Below are positions 37,161-42,872 of a DNA stretch of 42,872 nt, one piece after another. The stretch comes from a virus (Duplodnaviria > Heunggongvirae > Uroviricota > Caudoviricetes), in the IMG/VR virus record IMGVR_UViG_2718217859_000008, positions 1 through 42,872 of that record, one strand, 5' to 3'. The notes under the pieces were generated by a model. It made no database searches, had not been told where the DNA came from, and worked only from the letters and a program-made list of their open reading frames with translations. The position numbers and the translations under genes were made by a program. Within the stretch, counting starts at the first letter, position 1, and each line of letters begins with the position of its first letter.

Positions 37161-37189
37161 TAAGCGAAGCGGCACCGCGAGGAATCAGT

Positions 37190-37405
37190 ATGCAGAAACG
37201 AGAACCCGTCATCATCGCACCAGACTATACCGAGGATGAAATTTACGAATGGATGTGCGGAAAGATACGCGCCATTAATGACCTGAAGCAGGCCGCTGAC
37301 TACAAAGAGCGCCTCTCTAAAGAACTGGTGTCAGCGGAGCAGGATATTACCACTCTGGCAAAAAGCGCGGCATTAAACGTTTCGCGAGTGATTGAAAACT
37401 ACTGA
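37190..37405 (+). CDS. ydfC: YdfC-like protein (71 aa)
   Basis: MQKREPVIIAPDYTEDEIYEWMCGKIRAINDLKQAADYKERL; GAGGAA upstream. Confidence 0.55.
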   Translation: MQKREPVIIAPDYTEDEIYEWMCGKIRAINDLKQAADYKERLSKELVSAEQDITTLAKSAALNVSRVIENY

Positions 37406-37494
37406 CCAATGAGCTCAAGTAGTTCTCCGCAGATGAAGTGCGTGCGCCGGACACGGATAAACCTCCGGCATGCTCTTTAACAATCTGGATATTC

Positions 37495-37941
37495 CTAACC
37501 ACAAAGAAATCGCATCAATTTGGATTTTGTGGGCAACTTCTCTTGTTGTTCGATGGAGACGCCTATTTTGATCTGTGTTTTTAAGATCGCAATATCTTTA
37601 AGTGATGACCAAATATGATCATCTGTTTTTTCCAGAGTTTTTAACTGAATTTTCAATTCCGAATCAGAATATTTTTCTGCATCATCAAAAAGCTGCAAAT
37701 ATTCTGCGGATTTTCTCATGGCATTACCTGACTTTTGTCCGAATCCATAAATCGTTTGGACGGTTGCGATCACAACAATAAAAACGCCAGAAATTTCCGG
37801 AATGAATCCGCCAATGACAGATGAACCGAGGATAATACTCACTACTGAGAGAAGTTTATCGAGACGACCAGTCGCTACAGAAAACAGTTGCTCAAGAAAA
37901 TAGCCATATAAAATTCTGTCAAGAATATCATCCCGGTCCAT
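37495..37941 (-). CDS. two-TM membrane protein (148 aa), antisense to the early-left operon
   Basis: ATG at 37939-37941 with AGGTGA 7 nt upstream; two adjacent hydrophobic helices then a charged helical tail; resembles SLATT/Abi-type 2TM effectors by architecture only. Confidence 0.6.
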   Translation of the reverse strand: MDRDDILDRILYGYFLEQLFSVATGRLDKLLSVVSIILGSSVIGGFIPEISGVFIVVIATVQTIYGFGQKSGNAMRKSAEYLQLFDDAEKYSDSELKIQLKTLEKTDDHIWSSLKDIAILKTQIKIGVSIEQQEKLPTKSKLMRFLCG

Positions 37942-38007
37942 ACACCATCACCTGTTTGTGCTCTTTGCTCTGTCATATGATTTCCTTGGATCGTTGGGGA
38001 TATCCAG

Positions 38008-38013
38008 ATTATA
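38008..38013 (-). promoter_or_regulatory. candidate -10 element (TATAAT) for the 2-TM gene
   Basis: Minus-strand CTGTATAATCTGG about 65 nt upstream of the start codon; no good -35, but a perfect -10 with upstream TG. Confidence 0.4.
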
Positions 38014-38271
38014 CAGATTTCCTGTCGTTGGGGAATGACGGAAACCACCTCGCCTGACGTGGTTAAAAGCAGGCACACAACACGAAAGCGCACGGCGAAG
38101 TTCGTCTCACTGTACGGTGTCGTTAAATTTAATTCGACCGTGCGCTTCCGGTTGTGGCAATCCGCGAAATGGCGCGGCGGTAAGTATGGCGAGGCTATCC
38201 TTTCCTCGAGATAACACCGGGTTGCCAGGTTGACCATACGCCTGAGTGACAACCCTGCTGCAACAACCCAT

Positions 38272-38328
38272 GTTGATTACCTTTTGGCGGGTATCCGTTT
38301 TGCTTTCCCCGTGATACCCGCCCTTTTT
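38272..38328 (+). ncRNA. dicF: DicF-like sRNA with intrinsic terminator
   Basis: TTTTGGCGGGTATCCGTTTTGCTTTCCCCGTGATACCCGCCCTTTTT resembles E. coli DicF (UUUGGCGGUAUCAGUUUUACUCCGUGACUGCUCUGCCGCCCUUUUU) as recalled; 10-bp terminator stem 38286-38322 plus T5; directly upstream of dicB; 5' end approximate. Confidence 0.6.
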
Positions 38329-38511
38329 AAAGTGAATTTTGTGATGCGGTGAATGCGGCTCAGCGCACGCGGAACAGTTAAAAAGGCCAGTTGACTTCCG
38401 TATTGGTTCTTATGGGTGGGTTCTCTGTATCCGGCGTTAATTATTAACTGGTTAACGTCACCTGGAGGCACCAGGCACCGCATCACAAAATTCATTGTTG
38501 AGGACGCGATA

Positions 38512-38694
38512 ATGGAAACGTTATTACCAAACGTCAATACGTCTGAAGGTTGTTTTGAAATTGGTGTCAGAATCAGTAATCCTGTATTTACTGAAGATGC
38601 CATTAATAAGAGAAAACACGAACGGGAGCTATTAAATCAAATATGCATTGTTTCAATGCTGGCCCGTTTACGCCTGATGCAAAAAGGACGCTGA
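38512..38694 (+). CDS. dicB: cell division inhibitor DicB
   Basis: 60 aa METLLPNVNTSEGCFEIGVRISNPVFTEDAINKRKHERELLNQICIVSMLARLRLMQKGR near-identical to K-12 DicB as recalled; GAGGA 8 nt upstream. Confidence 0.85.
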   Translation: METLLPNVNTSEGCFEIGVRISNPVFTEDAINKRKHERELLNQICIVSMLARLRLMQKGR

Positions 38695-38696
38695 CA

Positions 38697-38900
38697 ATGA
38701 ATACAACATTTGCACTCGTTCTGACAGTTCATCTTGTTTCCGGCGAATCTCTTGAGCTGGTGACAGGCTTATACGGTTCAATGAAAGAATGCATAGCTGC
38801 CGCAGATGAACAGAAAATTCCCGGTAACTGTTATCCGGTCGATAAAGTTATTCGCATGGATAATAACGAAATCCCGGCAGGACTTAAAACAGCACCGTAA
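38697..38900 (+). CDS. ydfD: YdfD-like small protein (67 aa)
   Basis: MNTTFALVLTVHLVSGESLELVTGLYGSMKEC; AAGGA upstream; immediately follows dicB as in Qin. Confidence 0.6.
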   Translation: MNTTFALVLTVHLVSGESLELVTGLYGSMKECIAAADEQKIPGNCYPVDKVIRMDNNEIPAGLKTAP

Positions 38901-38979
38901 TTAATATCCGGTTTCATTTTTATATGCCAGCAATGGCAGGGATTTGTTCACCCTTAAATCTGTAATGAGGTAAAACAAA

Positions 38980-41454
38980 ATGAGTAAAGTCTTTATTTGC
39001 GCCGCCATTCCGGACGAACAGGCAATAAAGGAAGAAGGTGCAGTTGCTGTAGCCACTGCCATTGAAGCCGGTGACGAACGCCGCGCCCGTGCCAAATTTA
39101 CCTGGCAATTCCTGGAGCAATATCCGGCTGCTCAGGACTGCACTTATAAATTTCTTGTCTGCGAGGATAAACCCGGCATGCCCCGCCCTGCCATCGACTC
39201 CTGGGATACCGAATATATGCTGGAAAACCGCTGGGATGAGGAATCCGCTTCCTTTATTCCGGTCGAACCAGAGCCGAATACAGAAATTGTTAACTTTAAT
39301 CAGTTGTCCGACGACAAGCAGGCCGCTGTTCTCGTTAAGTTCGGCGCACATGAAAACGTCACCGTGGATATGGTCATCAACGCAAGCGGGCTTCTCGGCG
39401 ATGACGACATGATGACTTTTGACGGGCACCTCGCAGAGGCAATTATCCGGACTAAAGAAATTAACGCCATGTATCCGGAACGTCAGATTGAATACATCAA
39501 CGATGCCAGACGTGATTTAAAACCAACCACCAAATGGCCAGACATTCAGGCATATTTTCTCGACCGTAAAAAACGCCTGGAAAAGGAGCGCAAAGAAAGT
39601 GGTGCATATACTTCTGTTGTTGATCTTTCCCACGCCAGAGTCAACCGGCAGAACACTGAAAACTCAGTAGCAAAAATCAACCTAGTCACTGCCGCCATTC
39701 GTCGCGAATACAAGCAGACATGGAAAACGCTGGATGAAGAACTGGCCTACGCTCTGTGGCCTGGCGATATTGATGCCGGATACATTGACGGCAGCATCCA
39801 TCGCTGGGCAAAAAATGAAGTTATCGACAAAGATCGCGAAGACTGGAAGCGCATTTCCGCATCAATGCGCAAACAACCCGATGCCGTTCGCTACGACCGT
39901 CAGACTATTTTTGGCCTTGTCCGTGAGCGTCCGATCGACATTCACAAAGATCCCGTAGCATTGAACAAATACATCACTGAATACCTGGCGACAAAGGGCG
40001 TGTTTGAGGATGAAGAAACAGACCAGAACACTGCTGATATTCTCCAGCCGTCAGCAGCACAAACTGATGCAGTGGAAACTGAAGTATCTGATACCCAAAA
40101 AAATGAAAGCACGCTGGAAACTGAACCATCTGTAGAGCGTGATGGGCCGTTCTACTTCCTTTTCACTGATAAGGATGGCGAAAAATATGGTCGTGCAAAC
40201 AAACTTTCTGGTCTGAATAAGGCGCTGGCTGCAGGGGCTACTGAAATCACGAAAGTAGAATATTTTGCTCGCAAAAACGGTACATACTCAGGTTCACAAC
40301 AAAATACTGGTGCATCTGACACGACCGCACAACCAGAGCCGGTAAAAGTTACCGCTGACGAAGTAAACAAAATTATGCAGGCAGCCAATATCAGCCAGAC
40401 TGACGCCGATGAACTGCTTGCAGTATCACGTGGTGAATTTGTTGCAGGGATTAGCGATCCGAATGATCCGAAATGGGTGAAGGGGATTGAAACCCGCGAT
40501 TCTGTGAACCAGAACCAGCAAGAAACGGAACAGAACGACCAGAAAGCGGGACAAAACAGCCCAAATACGCAACAAAACGAACCAGAAACGAAACAGGTTA
40601 AACCAGTAGCGCAACAGGAGCCGGAAAAAGCCTGCACCGCCTGCGGTCAGACCGGCGGCGACAACTGCCCTGATTGTGGTGCGGTGATGGGTGACGCAAC
40701 ATACCAGGAAATATTCGATGAAGAGAATCAGCCTGAAGTTCAGGAAAATGATCCGGAGGAAATGGAAGGCACTGCGCATCAGCACAAGGAGAACACTGGC
40801 GGCAATCAGCATCATGCCAGCGATAGTGAAACTGGCGAGGCGTCAGATCTCTTAATTAAGGCGAACGGTCATCATAATCTCACATCCACCAGCAGAGCGG
40901 GGATTCATCTGATGATCGACCTTGAAACCATGGGAAAAAATCCTGATGCCCCGATTATCTCAATAGGTGCAATATTTTTCGATCCGCAAACCGGAGATAT
41001 GGGACCGGAATTTAGTAAGACTGTCGATCTGGAAACTGCTGGCGGAGTCATTGATCGGGACACCATTAAATGGTGGCTGAAGCAATCACGTGAGGCGCAG
41101 TCTGCCATTATGACCGATGAAATCCCGTTAGATGATGCACTACTGCAATTGCGGGAATTTATCGACGAAAACTCCGGTGAATTTTTTGTTCAGGTCTGGG
41201 GTAATGGGGCCAACTTCGACAACGTGATTTTACGCCGTTCATACGAACGACAGGGTATCCCCTGCCCGTGGCGCTACTGCAACGATCGCGATGTACGCAC
41301 AATCGTTGAGCTGGGGAAAGCCATAGACTTCGATGCCAGAACTGCTATCCCATTCGAAGGTGAGCGCCATAATGCACTGGATGACGCCCGTCACCAGGCA
41401 AAATACGTTTCAGCTATCTGGCAAAAACTGATCCCGAATCAGGCTGATTTTTAA
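38980..41454 (+). CDS. large early protein (824 aa) with C-terminal DEDDh (DnaQ-like) 3'-5' exonuclease domain
   Basis: C-terminal motifs MIDLETMG, NGANFD and HNALDDARH; acidic, Gln-rich middle region; Cys cluster (CTACGQTGGDNCPDCG); occupies the recE/ydfE position. Confidence 0.7.
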   Translation: MSKVFICAAIPDEQAIKEEGAVAVATAIEAGDERRARAKFTWQFLEQYPAAQDCTYKFLVCEDKPGMPRPAIDSWDTEYMLENRWDEESASFIPVEPEPNTEIVNFNQLSDDKQAAVLVKFGAHENVTVDMVINASGLLGDDDMMTFDGHLAEAIIRTKEINAMYPERQIEYINDARRDLKPTTKWPDIQAYFLDRKKRLEKERKESGAYTSVVDLSHARVNRQNTENSVAKINLVTAAIRREYKQTWKTLDEELAYALWPGDIDAGYIDGSIHRWAKNEVIDKDREDWKRISASMRKQPDAVRYDRQTIFGLVRERPIDIHKDPVALNKYITEYLATKGVFEDEETDQNTADILQPSAAQTDAVETEVSDTQKNESTLETEPSVERDGPFYFLFTDKDGEKYGRANKLSGLNKALAAGATEITKVEYFARKNGTYSGSQQNTGASDTTAQPEPVKVTADEVNKIMQAANISQTDADELLAVSRGEFVAGISDPNDPKWVKGIETRDSVNQNQQETEQNDQKAGQNSPNTQQNEPETKQVKPVAQQEPEKACTACGQTGGDNCPDCGAVMGDATYQEIFDEENQPEVQENDPEEMEGTAHQHKENTGGNQHHASDSETGEASDLLIKANGHHNLTSTSRAGIHLMIDLETMGKNPDAPIISIGAIFFDPQTGDMGPEFSKTVDLETAGGVIDRDTIKWWLKQSREAQSAIMTDEIPLDDALLQLREFIDENSGEFFVQVWGNGANFDNVILRRSYERQGIPCPWRYCNDRDVRTIVELGKAIDFDARTAIPFEGERHNALDDARHQAKYVSAIWQKLIPNQADF

Positions 41455-41515
41455 TGTTCAACCGTCGCCAGTTGTCGTTGATATTCTGCAACTGGCGCGT
41501 TCCGGAGTGATAGCC

Positions 41516-41785
41516 ATGAGCGAACAGTACCTGATAACGCTCGACGAGTGGAAACCAAAACGGTTCAGTCTCCCAATAACAAACACTACCCTGGTGAAAT
41601 ACGGAAAACTAGGATACATCGTTCCAAGACCACAAAAAATTCGTGGGCGTTGGCTGATAGATCGCCGAGCAGTATTTGTTGGGCCTGGTGAAACAGGAAT
41701 TGCGCCGGTAATTCATACTGGCGATGATGATGCACTGAAGGAGATTTTAACTCATGTCACCGAGGCCACGAAAAAACAGCACTGA
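41516..41785 (+). CDS. xis: excisionase-like protein
   Basis: Small basic protein directly upstream of and overlapping int; GGAG 9 nt upstream of the ATG at 41516 (track start 41507 is GTG). Confidence 0.6.
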   Translation: MSEQYLITLDEWKPKRFSLPITNTTLVKYGKLGYIVPRPQKIRGRWLIDRRAVFVGPGETGIAPVIHTGDDDALKEILTHVTEATKKQH

Positions 41786-42872
41786 CGTAGCCGGACTTTA
41801 CGAAAAATTTGATCGCAGAACTGGCAGAGTTTACTACCAGTATAAAAACCCTGTGACTGGAAAATTTCACGGGCTCGGAACAGACAAAGGTAAGGCAGAA
41901 AAAATCGCTTCCACAGCCAATCAGCGAATAGCTGCAGCAGAGGCTGAATATTTCATGCGCAAAATTGATGAAAGTCCGTCAGCAACAAAGCGTCGGGGTA
42001 TCAGATTAAAGGCATGGGTTGATCGATATCTGAAAATACAGGACACGCGACTGAAAAATGGAGATATTGCAGCTACAACTCACAAAGAAAAAGCCCGAAT
42101 GGCTGCATACCTGGTTTCCCGTCTGGGTAATCACCCATTGAAAGAACTGGAAGTAAGAGACTTTGCATTAATACTGGATGAGTGGCTGGATAAAGACATG
42201 GTCAGCACAGCGAGAGTAAATCGTGGATTATGGGTTGATATTTATAAAGAAGCACAGCATGCAGGGGAAGTTCCTCCTGGATGGAATCCTCCGGAGGCTA
42301 CCCGTAAACCGATCCCTAAAGTAACTAGAGCCAGGCTCACCCTGGAAGACTGGCAAAAAATTTACAACGCAACGCCTGAAAAACACTTTATCCGTAACGC
42401 AATGCTTCTTGCGATTGTTACTGGTCAGCGCCGTGATGACATTTGCCACATGCGTTTTTCAGATGTGTGGAACGAACACTTGCATATCACCCAGGGAAAA
42501 ACCGGAATGCGCCTGGCGTTACCGCTTACACTACGCTGTGATGCCATTGGGATAACGTTAAAAGAAGTTATTGATGGGTGCCGAGACAGAATATTAAGTC
42601 CATATCTAATCCATAGTAGGCACCAGAAACAACCAAAACCGATGAGTAAAGACAACCTGAGCGATTACTTCGCCAAAGCGCGAGATCTGGCTGGAATAAT
42701 TCCACCAGCAGGAAAAACACCGCCAACATTTCATGAACAACGCTCCCTGTCAGAACGGTTGTACCGCGCACAGGGTGTCGATACAAAAACATTACTGGGA
42801 CATAAAGTCCAGGCTACCACCGATCGCTATAACGATACCCGAGGTCAGGAATGGGTTAAGTTGGTTATTTAA
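41754..42872 (+). CDS. int: tyrosine integrase (lambda family)
   Basis: 372 aa; C-terminal catalytic region matches lambda Int as recalled (PTFHEQRSLSERLY, LLGHK...RY); overlaps xis; stop at 42870-42872, so the att site should lie just beyond the window. Confidence 0.9.
   Translation: MSPRPRKNSTDVAGLYEKFDRRTGRVYYQYKNPVTGKFHGLGTDKGKAEKIASTANQRIAAAEAEYFMRKIDESPSATKRRGIRLKAWVDRYLKIQDTRLKNGDIAATTHKEKARMAAYLVSRLGNHPLKELEVRDFALILDEWLDKDMVSTARVNRGLWVDIYKEAQHAGEVPPGWNPPEATRKPIPKVTRARLTLEDWQKIYNATPEKHFIRNAMLLAIVTGQRRDDICHMRFSDVWNEHLHITQGKTGMRLALPLTLRCDAIGITLKEVIDGCRDRILSPYLIHSRHQKQPKPMSKDNLSDYFAKARDLAGIIPPAGKTPPTFHEQRSLSERLYRAQGVDTKTLLGHKVQATTDRYNDTRGQEWVKLVI

Noticed and set aside
37875-38252. 125-aa minus-strand ORF
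   Set aside because: Overlaps the 5' end and promoter region of the 2-TM gene in another frame, with no RBS; treated as leader/promoter sequence.
38277-38603. 108-aa minus-strand ORF
   Set aside because: Overlaps the DicF-like terminator and the dicB start on the opposite strand; the plus-strand features are far better supported.
1-42872. CRISPR arrays, rRNA/tRNA genes, IS elements
   Set aside because: No regularly spaced direct repeats, no transposase-like ORFs and no tRNA-like structures were seen; the only repeats are the origin iterons and the operator sites.

Overview
The window is a single, apparently complete lambdoid prophage of the Qin/Rac/Stx-phage mosaic type, lying entirely inside the element, with both ends of the window in phage genes. 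The late operon runs on the minus strand: tail fibre genes (1-2678), lambda-like tail genes J, I, K, L, M, H, G/T (with its -1 frameshift site), V, U, Z (3938-15184), a head module with a fused protease-capsid gene, portal, W and terminase (15187-22150), a candidate cos region (~22300-22370), a phage-21-type lysis cassette (Rz/Rz1, SAR endolysin, pinholin; 22606-24907), a cargo island in the Q-to-S position where Stx phages carry stx (25015-27723), then Q, RusA, a DUF968 protein, hok and the nin/replication genes with an iteron origin (27964-35215). The immunity region is a YdaT/YdaS-like pair divergent from a non-cleavable repressor, with repeated operators (35223-36693). The early-left operon runs on the plus strand: ydfA-ydfB-ydfC, a DicF-like sRNA, dicB, ydfD, a large DEDDh-exonuclease-like protein, xis and int (36875-42872). 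The best candidates for undescribed biology are insertions at conserved junctions: two genes inside the lysis cassette between holin and endolysin, an antisense 2-TM membrane protein gene with its own promoter between ydfC and dicF, a lipoprotein gene with its own terminator between tail genes I and J, and a coupled gene pair between J and stf. All identifications rest on reading the ORF translations, recalled homologies and sequence motifs; no database search was run, and family names are less certain than coordinates.
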